This document shows, piece after piece, positions 1 to 12,358 of a stretch of DNA of 64,000 bases. The stretch comes from Leucoraja erinacea (lineage: Eukaryota): NCBI RefSeq assembly GCF_028641065.1, contig NC_073379.1, forward strand, positions 111,724,001-111,788,000. Reading direction: 5' to 3'. The notes under the pieces were generated by a model. That model worked only from the letters and a program-made list of their open reading frames with translations. It had not been told where the DNA came from and did not search any database. Position 1 is the first letter of the stretch, and the number at the start of each line of letters is the position of its first letter. The translations under genes and the position numbers were made by a program.

Positions 1-534
1 AATGATTCTGTGGCTAAGATCGTCTAGGAAATGTGGGTCCATGAGAAAGCAATCCATTCATCAAGAAAATAAAAAACTTTGAAGGTGGAGGATGTGGTTT
101 GATTACATTTTTACAGAAATTTAAGAAAGACGAGGATAGAAACAGCATTACTGATGACAGAGCATTTGAATAGATTTTTACTGGAGGTACATCAGTGCTG
201 TAGCCAGAATCCAGTCAAAAATTGAAAGATTATTCTACAGCTTATTCTAAATGAAAAGTGACGGAGGTAGAGTGGTGGTTTGTAAGGTCAGGCATATTTT
301 TCTCTGGAGAGGATAATAGAAGTGTCTTTGGCAATTTTGGAAGCTGCAATACCTGAGCAAAGGGATCCATACACAGTATATCCCTGGCAGTCATATCAAC
401 GCAAAATTAACGCCGCTTATATTCATTTTATTTCCCTGACAACACTGATGATTCAGTTATCAATCAACAATGATTACGTAGTTTCCTAGCAGATAATGAA
501 GCTAACAAATGATAATAAATGAAGCTGGTAGCAG

Positions 535-919
535 CAAAGATTCTATAGCGAGCATGATAGACCACTCGATGAAAAAGACATAGTACGGATTCATGGGTAA
601 TTTAAGGCCCCATTTCCGTAACCGGCTTCCGTCTCCGCACCGAAGATCCCATAGGATAATACTGCGGAGATGGAAGCCGGTTATGGAAACATCCTCGTAA
701 AAATAAAAGTTATTTGGTAAAAATCTTCTCCTCATTTTCAGAATTTTAATTTATTAACACAAACTGTTCCCCCGCAGCGTTGATTGCACTGCGAGTCGGG
801 TCGAGTCCGGTTACGGAAATGGATGACAAAATGGCCCACGTTCTGTTCCGTTGCGTACTACACGTCAGCCCATTACATTTAGCAGGAGTGGTCTATCTTG
901 CTCCGCTATAGGATCTTTG
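535..919. mobile_element. Non-autonomous hAT-type DNA transposon (MITE)
   Basis: Left TIR CAAAGATTCTATAGCG-AGCATGATAGACCACTC matches the reverse complement of the right end GAGTGGTCTATCTTGCTCCGCTATAGGATCTTTG (~33 bp). Exact 8-bp TSD GGTAGCAG at 527-534 and 920-927. No ORF. Confidence 0.9.
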
Positions 920-1432
920 GGTAGCAGCATCCGTCTCCAATGTTACCAGAATATTACCTTCAATAGATATTCAAGACCAAGAGAGAAAACATATTTTCTG
1001 AGAAATAAAATTGCCGTTTCTTTGTACAGACAAGCTGTTTTTGTTGTTCTTTTGTAGCATTGTTTTCTAAGCATTTTGTCTGATCTTTTTAAATGATGTA
1101 AAATATTCCTGAACTTCAATGGAAAACCCTGCATAATTTTAGTTAAAGGGGCAGAATAGAGATTTCCACTGGCAGATTAGATCTGTCTTTAATCAATCTA
1201 ACTGAGAAAGATTTCAAAGAAGACACAGAATGCTGGAGAAACTCAGCGGGTGCAGCAGCATCTATGGAGCGAAGGAAATAGGCAACGTTTTGGGCCGAGA
1301 CCTTTCTTCAGACTGATGGGGGGTGGGGGAGAAGAAAGGATTGATATAGTGAAATATAGATTAAATGAATGAAAGAAAAAGTAACAATGATAAGGGAAAC
1401 AGGCCATTGTTAGCTATGGGCTAGGTGAGTTA

Positions 1433-2747
1433 AGGGCCTGTCCCACTTGGGCGTCATTTGCGTGCCATTTACGCGACATCCTAAAAATTAGTTGGCGCAT
1501 GGCGCGTGGTGATGGGTGGTGGCGTATGCAGTGACGCGGTGTAACGCGTGGCACCCCAGGACTTTGGAATGCTCAAAATCCTCGCCCGCCACCTGCTTGA
1601 CGTATCCCTTGCGCATACTGACGTACTGATGGCGTACGTGTAGTGCGTGGTGACGCACGAACATTGCCTATGCTCATTTATTATACGTCACTGTGTGCCA
1701 ACGTCCATAACCATGCGCCGCCCTTACATCGTCGGCGCGCCATTTAACCATATATAACCATATAACAATTACAGCACGGAAACAGGCCATCTCGACCCTT
1801 CTAGTCCGTGCCGAACACGTATTCTCCCCTAGTCCCATAAACCTGCGCTCAGACCATAACCCTCCATTCCTTTCTCGTCCATATAACTATCCAATTTATT
1901 TTTAAATGATAAAAACGAACTTGCCTCCACCACCTCCACTGGAAGCTCATTCCACACAGCCACCACTCTCTGAGTAAAGAAGTTCCCCCTCATGTTACCC
2001 CTAAACTTCTGTCCCTTAATTCTCAAGTCATGTCCTCTTGTTTGCATCTTCCCTCCTCTCAGTGGGAAAAGCTTATCCACGTCAACTCTGTCTATCCCTC
2101 TCATCATTTTAAAGAACTCTATCAAGTCCCCCCTTAACCTTCTGCGCTCCAAAGAATAAAACCCTAACTTGTTCAACCTTTCTCTGTAACTTAGTTGCTG
2201 AAACCCAGGCAACATTCTAGTAAATCTCCTCTGTACTCTCTCTATTTTGACATCCTTCCTATAATTAGGCGACCAAATTGTACCCCATACTCCAGAATTG
2301 GCCTCACCAATGCCTTGTACAATTTTAACATTACATCCCAACTTCTATACTCAATGTTCTGATTTATAAAGGCCAGCACACCAAAAGCTTTCTTTACCAC
2401 CCTATCTACATGAGATTCCACTTTCAGGGAACTGTGCACAGTTATTCCCAGATCCTTCTGTTCACCTGCATTCTTCAATTCCCTAATTTGCTCATCATTT
2501 GATCGCCGCACCACAAGACCACCCGGGTATAAAGCGCACGCAGTTTTGAAATTATTTCACTGGGAAAATCCTTACCACAGAGATCAAACTAAGTACGAAC
2601 AACATCGCGAATGCCTCCGAAAAGAAGCAGGGCCCTCAAGAACACTTGTTGCGCGACTGTCATACCTCTAGACGATTTACGTGCGTCAGTCACTACCGGC
2701 CTGTCGCGTAAATGATGCGCAAATGACGCCCAAGTGGGACAGGCCCT
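1433..2747. mobile_element. PIF/Harbinger-type MITE containing a nested CR1 fragment
   Basis: TIR AGGGCCTGTCCCACTTGGGCGTCATTTGCG / CGCAAATGACGCCCAAGTGGGACAGGCCCT. TTA TSD at 1430-1432 and 2748-2750. Confidence 0.88.
1745..2485 (-). mobile_element. 5'-truncated CR1 (HER1-like) LINE, (ATATGGTT)n-tail family
   Basis: ORFs 2242-2514 and 1829-2341 give the CR1 ORF2 C-terminus (KDLGITVHSSLK...RLRGDLIE...FFTQRVVAVWNELP) with a frameshift. Microsatellite tail at 1745-1765. Confidence 0.93.
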
Positions 2748-3241
2748 TTACAAACAATGAGACTCAGCAAGACGACATTGAAGCTGGTACAACAACTCGG
2801 GTGGGGGATCTTTTCAAAAGATTTCAAAGGGCCTTTTAGCAGAAAAACTGGAGAAATTGGAAATGTAAAATCAAAACATAAAATGGACCTAAGGAAAGGT
2901 CATAAATATGAAATAGTATCTGTTTCTCTCTCCATAGATAGATACTGCCTGAAATGCTATGTACACTATTTTGTTTGTATTTCATAGAACATTATAATTA
3001 AAACCACATTTCTTGAAATCAAGAGTGTTTTATGGTTATATGTCCCAGATAGAACAATGAAATTCTTACTTGCAACAGCACAACAGAAGATGTAAACATA
3101 GTACACTTTAAACAACATAATAAATGAGAAAAAAAGTTCCGTGTGTGTTTTGATACATATACACACATATACCTATATACATATACACGCACGCACACAC
3201 AAACAAACAACAATAATACATAACATATATAGTTGTGTGTT

Positions 3242-3332
3242 ACACAAAAAAGCTGGAGAAACTCAGCGGGTGCAGCAGCATCTATGGAGCGAAGGAAATA
3301 GGCAACGTTTCGGGCCGAAACCCTTCTTCAGA
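3242..3332 (-). mobile_element. Penelope-like terminal remnant with hammerhead-like core
   Basis: Reverse complement reads CTGAAGAAGGGTTTCGGCCCGAAACGTTGCCTATTTCC..., matching 53123-53215. Confidence 0.85.
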
Positions 3333-4208
3333 TATAAAGTTGTGTGTTTATTTTACTTTATCGTGAGGCAGATGCAGTGCAATTTTTAATCAGGTGGACG
3401 CTTGTATCATGATCAATAGTTATCGTACTTTGAAAGGGTTAGGGTTAATTCAGTCAAAGCTCTTATTATATTATGTAGACTGGAAAGATTACCTTAAAAA
3501 AACAGGGAATAAGTATCTAAATTATTTCCTAAAACTTATTGCACTGCGACACTTCCAGATCAGTTAATGCAATGATTTTAATAAATGTGTGTTTCCTGGA
3601 ATTTCAGTCAGTGACTTTCATTGCTGTTCATGCCAAAAGAAAACTGGCTTCTACTATTGAATACTGCAAAGCAAGGGATTTTAACAAGCACTACCTCAAT
3701 ATAACTCAATGTGTATTTCTAGTTTAGATCAGATAATAAAACTACATAAACTTCTCGTCTATATTGCAGATAATATTGTGAGGTGAGCACTATATCATCA
3801 CTGATTCAAGGTATAAGAGGCCATTTAATGCATCAAGTCTATGCCCAGGATAGAACAATGCCACATATCTCATTCCCACATTTCATTGCAACTCATTATC
3901 CCTTGCATACCCATCAGTTCCAGCCTCTTTCTCTTGCCACCCACCTGTACTAAAAGTAACATAGTAGATAATTAACCTACCAACACATTTATCTTTTGTG
4001 GAAGAAAACAGGAGCACCTAGAGCAAAGCTGTACGATTGGGAAACATAACACAGACAGTACCAGAATATATGTGATAATGGTTCAGTATCTTTGTTATTC
4101 CTCCTGCATTTTTCTAATTTTGGTTTCCTCTGGTAGTGGAAGACATACCCAGCCTGACCTGCCGAGCATGTCTGCCTGTTCTGCATTTTACAACTTCAGT
4201 ATTCCTTT

Positions 4209-4750
4209 GTAGACAAAAGTGCTGGAGAAACTCAGCGGGTGCAGCAGCATCTATGGAACAAAGGAAATTGGCAACGTTTCGGGCTGAAACCCTTCTTCAG
4301 TATTCCTTTGTCTAACTAACTGCTCCCATTCACTGATTGACCAAATTACCTAATTTACACATATCCTCATGGCCATTTTGCAATTTTTTTATGCTTAACC
4401 ACTTTGATATCATAGCAGGTAGGAGTCTGAAGAAGAGTTGTGAGCCAAAACATCGCCTGTCCTTGCTCTCCAGCGATGCTGCCTAACCCGCTGAGTTACT
4501 CAAGCACTTTGTGTCTTTTTTTGATAAATCAGCACCTGCAGTTCTTGGAGGATGCCTGGCAGCAACCAATAACTGAAATAGAAAATTTAGACCATAAAGA
4601 TCATCTGATCATCGGTCTGAAGAAGGGTCTCGACCTGAAACGTCACCCATTCCTTCTCTCCAGCGATGTTGCCTGTCCTGCTGAGTTACTCCAGCATTTT
4701 GTGTAGTAGATTCTGAAACGTCACCCATTCCTTTTCTCTAGAGATGCTGC
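4209..4750. mobile_element. Cluster of four Penelope-like terminal remnants (4209-4300 minus; ~4426-4545, 4614-4705 and 4712-4750 plus)
   Basis: Repeated CTGAAGAAGGG...GAAACGTCACCCATTCC...GATGCTGCC...GCTGAGTTACTCCAGCA module; the 4712 copy is partial. Confidence 0.82.
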
Positions 4751-5265
4751 CGCTCGGCCAGAAGGCTTCCCGATGGGCCACGGCTGTGGACTAGGAAAGC
4801 GGCCGGAGGCCTTTATTGAGGCGCTGCGGTCTCAAGGATCGCCGCGTAGAAGTCTGGCCGGGGCCTGGTGAGTCGGAGTACAGGTTGGCGGGGTGGCTGA
4901 CAGAGCCCATGGCTGGGGCCAGGTCGGCACCACGGAGGTGTCTACAGTAGTGAGGCTTTGGCAGAGGTGAAACCTCACGACAGTGGAGCCTCGGCAGTGG
5001 TGAAGCCTCGCGGGTGATAGTCCAGGACCACTGTGAGGGGGGAGGGGAAGAACAATGGACCATGGGGGGGGGGCAAAGGACAATGGGATCTCGGCGTGGG
5101 GGGGGGGGGGAGAACCGCTGTGGGGGTTGGGGACAAAAGGAGGAGCCGGCATGCTTTTTGTGACTTTGTCAACACCATAGGTGGCCACTATTTGTATACA
5201 TTGGGTATGCAATCAAATAATTTCACTGTGCCTAGTCACATGTGACAATAAAGTATTCCTATTCC
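4751..5265 (+). mobile_element. GC-rich non-autonomous retroelement with Rex1-like 3' tail (family B)
   Basis: Collinear with 50813-51254 (GGCACCACGGAGG...AAGAACAATGGA...GGGGACAAAAGGAGGAGCC...CACTGTGCCTAGTCACATGTGACAATAA...TTCCTATTCCT). It interrupts a Penelope remnant that resumes at ~5266. Confidence 0.75.
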
Positions 5266-6364
5266 TCTTTTGTTTAAACCAGCATCTGCAGTTCCTTCCT
5301 GCACGTCTGATCCTTATTAATGCACATGCAAGTCTGGCATAAGTACCAGCATCTCACTGTAAACACTCCTTGTCAGGTAGTCTCTTGGGCTCAAGCCTGG
5401 TTTGTTTGCACTCTTATTCTATCGGAGGCTATTATGGGAACCACTCACATCTCTACAAATGGGGCCGGGGTGCATGACAAGGCAGCTGGATGGGTAATTT
5501 GTCAGGTGGTACCTTCCTCCTTCTCTTCCTAACTTGTTGCTTAGCCCCAGCTGTGCATTTAGGATAACGCTGGGCAGTTAGTGATATGTCTTGGCTATTA
5601 CTGACATGCAATGATGAAGTCTATCTGTCAGCAAGCTAGCTGAATTCATGAGATATTGCATGCATGTCCAACTATCAGGTGTTGGATCTCAGATGAGTTT
5701 TGCTCCCTAATCCAAAGTCAGTGGCCCAATAGTAGCACACTTGATGTGCTTCCAGATGAACATAACTGATCCAGCAAATTCCACCCTTTGAATTTCTAGG
5801 CTACTTAAAAGCAAAGCCATCATTATAGGGGGCTGTCCCAGCCAACTTAAAACAGCTGTGCAGATTTATTCAGACATCTTGAGAAGAATGTCGGGCACAA
5901 AAGGTAATCATGAACATGAGGAAGCCAATACGATTAGGAAGAATATTATATTGGTCCTATGAGGATACACACCGTTTGATTCTAAATTGTGCATCTAATG
6001 CTGTTTCTTTCTCAGGATTAACAAATAGACAAAAATAGATTGTCAGCCACGTTGTAACTTTGGCAGCATCATGAACTTTAATAGGTTCTATGTTGAATCC
6101 AATGCAAACTGATATTCCCTCTACAGAGGCAATAATTCTGTGTATGTGAAGAAATCTGGCTGTAAAAAGAAACTGCAAGTGAGACAGAATTATTGGACAG
6201 CTAACTAGGACAAATGTTACTGGCTTTCAAACTTGCATGTCAGTGAGTATATAGCTAGCATTTTGCAACAAAACCAAGTTATTGCATTATTTTATCTGGT
6301 GGCCCCACAATTAAACGCACATTGAAATTTCAAGATTCAAGAGTCAAGAGTGGTTAGTATCTCA

Positions 6365-6605
6365 AGATCACAAAATGTAGGAGCAGAATTAGGGCCATTT
6401 GCCCATCTAGTCTGCACTGTCATTCATGGCTGATCCCTCTCAACCTCATTACCATGCCTTCTCCCCATAACCTTCAACACCCATACTAATCACGAACATA
6501 TCAATCTCCGTTGTAAAAATACCCAATGACGTGGTCTCCACTGCCGCCTGTGGCAATGAATTCCTCAGATCCATTGTCCTCCAGTTAAAGAAATCCCTCC
6601 TCAAC
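6365..6605 (-). mobile_element. Old CR1 3' fragment
   Basis: Degenerate match to the reverse complement of the CR1 3' end (GCCTTCTCCCCATAACC...TGTGGCAATGAATTCC). Confidence 0.7.
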
Positions 6606-6922
6606 AACGGCAATGAACAATGACATTCTTAACTGCTGCAATACAACATTTTGATATTCACATTTTTGGAGTAATGTACAATATTTATTTTGAAAGAGTT
6701 AATGATTTTAGTTAAGATAATTAAGCATACCAACTAGCAAAGAAAATTAAAGCTATTTTTTTCTCTTCAGAATTCTTAAACATTATAGAAGTTATGCATA
6801 GTAAGAGGTTTTTACAAATATTCCAGATGACCAAAGATGGAGGGGGGGGGGAGAAGGACAAAGGGGGACCTGGCGTAGCTACTTCGTAACGTTGTAAGCA
6901 CCCTTTATGTGACGACTATTTG

Positions 6923-7301
6923 CATCCTCAAGGGCGAAGGTGATCATCCGGAAGTGGTAGTGCATGTCGGCACAAACGATGTCGGAAAGAAGGGGATGAA
7001 TATTCTGCAGCGTGACTTTAGAGAGCTCGGAAAAATGTTGAAAAGCAGGACCTCCAGGGTTGTTATCTCCGGTTTGCTTCCAATTCCCCGTGCTGGCGAG
7101 AGCAGGAACAGGGAGATACGGGACCTGAACGTGTGGCTGAGGAACTGGTGCACGGGGCAGGGATTTAGATTCTTAGATCACTGGGATCTGTTTTGGGGTA
7201 AGGGGGAACTGTACAGAAGGGACGGATTGCATCTTAACAGGTGTGGGACCAGCATTCTGGCAGGCAGGTTTGCCACTGCTACACGGGTGGCTTTAAACTG
7301 A
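6923..7301 (+). pseudogene. CR1 ORF1 C-terminal SGNH/GDSL esterase domain (truncated)
   Basis: PEVVVHVGTND and DGLHLN motifs, typical of the esterase in CR1 ORF1; stop at 7299-7301. Confidence 0.9.
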
Positions 7302-7397
7302 ATAAGGGGGGTGGGGTGTTGAATGGGACAGTGGAGGATGGAGTTAAAGGGAAAGAGTTTCTTAAATGTGTGAGCGTAGAGACCGAAGGGTGTAAAA

Positions 7398-10334
7398 TGA
7401 GGGTAGAAGAAATAGGTAGCAAGGTCAAAAGTAAAAGTGGCAGGCAGACAAAACCAGGGCAAAAATCAAAAAGGGTCACTTTTCAACATAATTGTGTAAG
7501 GGGTAAGAGTGTTGTAAAAACAAGCCTGAAGGCTTTGTGTCTCAATGCAAGGAGCATTCGTAATAAGGTGGATGAGTTGAATGTGCAGATAGCCATTAAT
7601 GATTATGATATAGTTGGGATCACGGAGACATGGCTCCAGGGTGACCTAGGCTGGGAGCTGAACATCCCGGGATATTCAATATTCAGGAGGGATAGAGAGA
7701 AAGGAAAAGGAGGTGGGGTAGTGTTGCTGGTTAGAGAGGAGATTAACGCAATGGAAAGGAAGGACATTAGTTTGGAGGATGTGGAATCGGTATGGGTAGA
7801 GCTGCGAAACAATAAGGGGCAGAAGACGCTGGTGGGTGTTGTGTACAGGCCACCTAACAGTAGTAGTGAAGTTGGGGATGGCATCATACAGGAAATTAGA
7901 AATGCTTGCGACAAAGGCAAAGCAGTTATAATGGGTGACTTCAATCTACATATAGATTGAGTGAATCAAACTGGCAGGGGTGCTGAGGAAGAGGATTTCT
8001 TGGAATGTATGCGGGATAGTTATCTAAACCAACATGTAGAGGAACCAACGAGAGAGCAGGCTATTTTAGACTGGGTATTGAGTAATGAGGAAGGGTTAGT
8101 TAGCAATCTTGTTGTGCGTGGCCCATTGGGCAAGAGTGACCATAATATGGTTGAGTTCTTCATTAGGATGGAGAGTGACATTGTTAATTCAGAAACAATG
8201 GTTTTGAACTTAAAGAAAGGTAACTTTGAGGGTATGAGACGTGAATTGGCCAAGATTGACTGGCCATTAATTCTAAAAGGGTTGACGGTGGATATGCAAT
8301 GGAAGGCATTTAAAGACTGCATGGATGAACTACAAAAATTGTTCATCCCAGTTTGGCAAAAGAATAAATCAGGGAAGGTAGTGCATCCATGGATAACAAG
8401 GGAAATCAGGGATAGTATCAAAGCAAAGGATGATGCGTACAAACTAGCCAGAAAAAGCAGCATACCAGAGGACTGGGAGAAATTCAGAGACCAGCAGAGG
8501 AGGACGAAGGGCTTAATTAGAAAAGGAAAAATGGATTATGAAAGAAAACTGGCAGTGAACATAAAAACTGACTGCAAAAGTTTTTTATAGATATGTGAAA
8601 AGAAAGAGATTAGTTAAAACAAATGTAGGTCCCTTGCAGTCAGAAACAGGTGAGTTGATCATGGGGAACCAGGATATGGCGGACCAATTGAATAACTACT
8701 TTGGTTCCGTCTTCACTAAGGAAGACATAAATGATCTGCCGGAAATAGCAGGGGCCCGCGGGTCAAAGGAGGTGGAGGAATTGAGTGAAATCCAGGTTAG
8801 TCGGGAAGTGGTGTTGGGTAAATTGAATGGATTAAAGGCCGATAAATCCCCAGGGCCAGATAGGCTGCATCCCAGAGTACTTAAGGAAGTAGCTCCAGAA
8901 ATAGTGGATGCATTAGTAATAATCTTTCAAAACTCTTTAGATTCTGGAGTAGTTCCAGAGGATTGGCCGGTAGCAAACGTAACCCCACTTTTTAAGAAGG
9001 GAGGGAGAGAGAAAACGGGGAATAACAGACCAGTTAGCCTAACATCGGTAGTGGGGAAACTGCTAGAGTCAGTTATTAAAGATGGGATAGCAGCACATTT
9101 GGAAAGTGGTGAAATCATTGGACAAAGTCAGCATGGATTTACGAAAGGTAAATCATGTCTGACGAATCTTATAGAATTTTTCGAGGATGCAACTAGTAGC
9201 GTGGATAGGGGAGAACTAGTGGATGTGGTGTATCTGGACTTCCAGAAGGCTTTCGACAAGGTCCCACATAAGAGATTAGTATACAAACTTAAAGCACATG
9301 GCATTGGGGGTTCAGTATTGATGTGGATAGAGAACTGGCTGGCAAACAGGAAGCAAAGAGTAGGAGTAAACGGGTCCTTTTCACAATGGCAGGCAGTGAC
9401 TAGTGGGGTACCGCAAGGCTCAGTACTGGGACCCCAGCTATTTACAATATATATTAATGATCTGGATGAGGGAATTGAAGGCAATATCTCCAAGTTTGCG
9501 GATGACACTAAGCTGGGGGGCAATGTTAGGTGTGAGGAGGATGCTAGGAGACTGCAAGGTGACTTGGATAGGCTGGGTGAGTGGGCAAATGTTTGGCAGA
9601 TGCAGTTTAATGTGGATAAATGTGAGGTTATCCATTTTGGTGGCAAAAACGGGAAAGCAGATTATTATCTAAACGGTGGCCGATTGGGAAAGGGGGAGAT
9701 GCAGCGAGACCTGGGTGTCATGGTACACCAGTCATTGAAGGTAGGCATGCAGGTGCAGCAGGCAGTAAAGAAAGCGAATGGCATGTTGGCTTTCATAGCA
9801 AGAGGATTTGAGTATAGGAGCAGGGAGGTTCTACTGCAGTTGTATAGGGTCTTGGTGAGACCACACCTGGAGTATTGCGTGCAGTTTTGGTCTCCAAATC
9901 TGAGGAAGGACATTATTGCCATAGAGGGAGTGCAGAGAAGGTTCACCAGACTGATTCCTGGGATGTCAGGACTGTCTTATGAAGAAAGACTGGATAGACT
10001 TGGTTTATACTCTCTAGAATTTAGGAGATTGAGAGGGGATCTTATAGAAACTTACAAAATTCTTAAGGGGTTGGACAGGCTAGATGCAGGAAGATTGTTC
10101 CCGATGTTGGGGAAGTCCAGGACAAGGGGTCACAGCTTAAGGATAAAGGGGAAATCCTTTAAAACCGAGATGAGGAGAACTTTTTTCACACAGAGAGTGG
10201 TGAATCTCTGGAACTCTCTGCCACAGAGGGTAGTTGAGGCCAGTTCATTGGCTATATTTAAGAGGGAGTTAGATGTGGCCCTTGTGGCCAAGGGGATCAG
10301 AGGGTATGGAGAGAAGGCAGGTACGGGATACTGA
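7398..10334 (+). pseudogene. CR1 ORF2 (APE endonuclease + reverse transcriptase) with two lesions
   Basis: NARSI, GITETWL, GDFN and SDH endonuclease motifs; GVPQGSVLGP and FADD RT motifs. In-frame TGA at 7958-7960 (Trp expected) and +1 frameshift in the T run at ~8580-8586. The start codon is a guess. Confidence 0.92.
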
Positions 10335-12068
10335 GTTGGATGATCAGCCATGATCATATTAAATGGCGGTGCAGGCTCGAAGGGCCGAAAGGCCTACTCC
10401 TGCACCTAATTTCTATGTTTCTATGTTTCTATACCTGCAAGTAAAGAATTTCACAGTGACTTGTTCCATGTGATGATAAAGTATTCATTCATTCATTTGT
10501 TCATTTCTTTTCCTCCACGTTAGAGAAACCAAATACAGATTGAGTGACTGCTTTGCAAAACACCCGATCTATTTAACAGCGCAAGTTACCTTTACAATAG
10601 ATATGTATTTATAAAACGGTAATATTCAATAGAAACATAAATAACAAACCTTGTAAGATATATTCCCTTTGTTCCTCCCATCCCATTCCTCAACTTCTCT
10701 GCTTCTTAAAACTAATTCATTTTCTCTCTTTACCAGTACTGAAACATTACCTGCTTCTCTTTTCAACATTTGCTGCCTGAGCTGCTGAGTGTTTCCAGAA
10801 TGTTATGTTTTTACTTTCTTTGAAGAGCTGTTTATTTTTAAATATATATATATTGTCCCAATGCTAGGTGCAGCACTAACACAAATATTGGATTTGTTGA
10901 ATTTCAGATGATTTTTAAAGTGTTACTATCAGCAGAGCATTTTGTAACTCAGCTGAGGTACTGTAATAAGCAGCTAAAATTGTCAGAGATTTATGCCTCA
11001 AGGAACATTCAAAGAATCCTTCACTGACAGTAACTTCACAGACAAGTTGCTTAAAGCTGCATTATCTTGACTGTCTTGTAGCCTTAATGATTTTACCTCT
11101 CCTCTCTTCATTCACTTAAACCTTTCCATTTTTGCTCAAGTAGATTTTCCCCCAGGTTGGATGGCTATTTATCTCTGGCAACTGGGATTTTATGGATACA
11201 AAGATTAGCAAAAAGCAAATAAGAACCAAATAGATAGAACAGCAACACAGTGCACAAAACAATAACTTTAGTTTCCGCGTACACCGTGTTTTTTGCAAAA
11301 TTGCCAAATGTCAATTATCCTGAACATCAAAAAAATCTGCTATCTTTGCATGTGATAAATTTACAACTTCCTTGTCAACTGGTCAAGCTTCGAAGATAAA
11401 ATTGTGGAATTTCTCTCAGAACCCTAGAGGTATTTACATAAATACTCTCTGATCTCTATCTAATGGTTAAACTTTGAACTATGATCATGGATTCGTGGAG
11501 AGTATAAACATGGTTTCAACATGATTAGAACTAGTATCACCTAAAGTCTGTACTAAATCATGCAATCTTTAATCCTTTTTTAAACCAGGTATTTTTCTGG
11601 TTTGCTTTGAAGCGATTAACCACTTTACTAATTCTGAAAGGAAGCTAATCCACATATCTCTCAGCCTATTTTAAACATTCAAACTTCGTAGTGGTCTGCA
11701 ATCTTAGCTCAATTTAAATAACATATTTACATCCACGTAATTTCAGAATTTAAAATAATTTAATCAATCCTTGTATTTCTAATGAGAAACAATATTTCAA
11801 TCTTGCCTCATAATTTGATATTTAATTCTCATAACTACATATTGCATTTCTGGCTTGAATACAACATTGAAAAGGTTGACAAAAATGCATACAATATACC
11901 ATTGGTAATATATAAGTTATAAAATGTGAAATAACCCGTTGACATAATTAAAAACCATAGATACAATCAAGCACTTGGCAGGTCTTCCAAACAACAGACT
12001 CAACTGACTGACGGTTTCAATAAATGGATCGCAGTCCAAATCCAGTGACATTTTTACTGCTTTTCCTA

Positions 12069-12358
12069 ATAAGAGGGAAGTCTTTTAGGACCGAGATGAG
12101 AAAATAATTTTTCACACGGAGAGTGGTGAATCTGTGGAATTCTCTGCCACAGAAGGTAGTTGAGGCCAGTTCATTGGCTATATTTAAGAGGGAGTTAGAT
12201 GTGGCCCTTGTGTCTAAAGGGATCAGGGGGTATGAAGAGAAGGCAGGTACAGGATACTGAGTTGGATGATCAGCCATGATCATATTGAATGGCGGTGCAG
12301 GCTCGAAGGGCCGAATGGCCTACTCCTGCACCTATTTTCTATGTTTCTATGTTTCTAT
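12069..12358 (+). mobile_element. CR1 3' fragment
   Basis: Near-identical to 10145-10432, including the TTTCTATG tail. Confidence 0.92.

Larger units (their letters stand above)
1221..2810 (-). mobile_element. Penelope-like element terminal remnant (1221-1432 and 2751-~2810), split by a MITE
   Basis: 1221-~1340 is the reverse complement of the 3' end of the GIY-YIG element at 53118-53215. The two halves rejoin to match the uninterrupted copy at ~44885-45135. Confidence 0.75.
6923..10432 (+). mobile_element. Near-full-length CR1 LINE (5'-truncated within ORF1), (TTTCTATG)n tail
   Basis: Esterase ORF1 remnant, EN-RT ORF2, 3' stem-loop and TTTCTATG repeats. Inserted into a family-B tail fragment (~6835-6925 and 10433-~10495). 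Confidence 0.97.
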
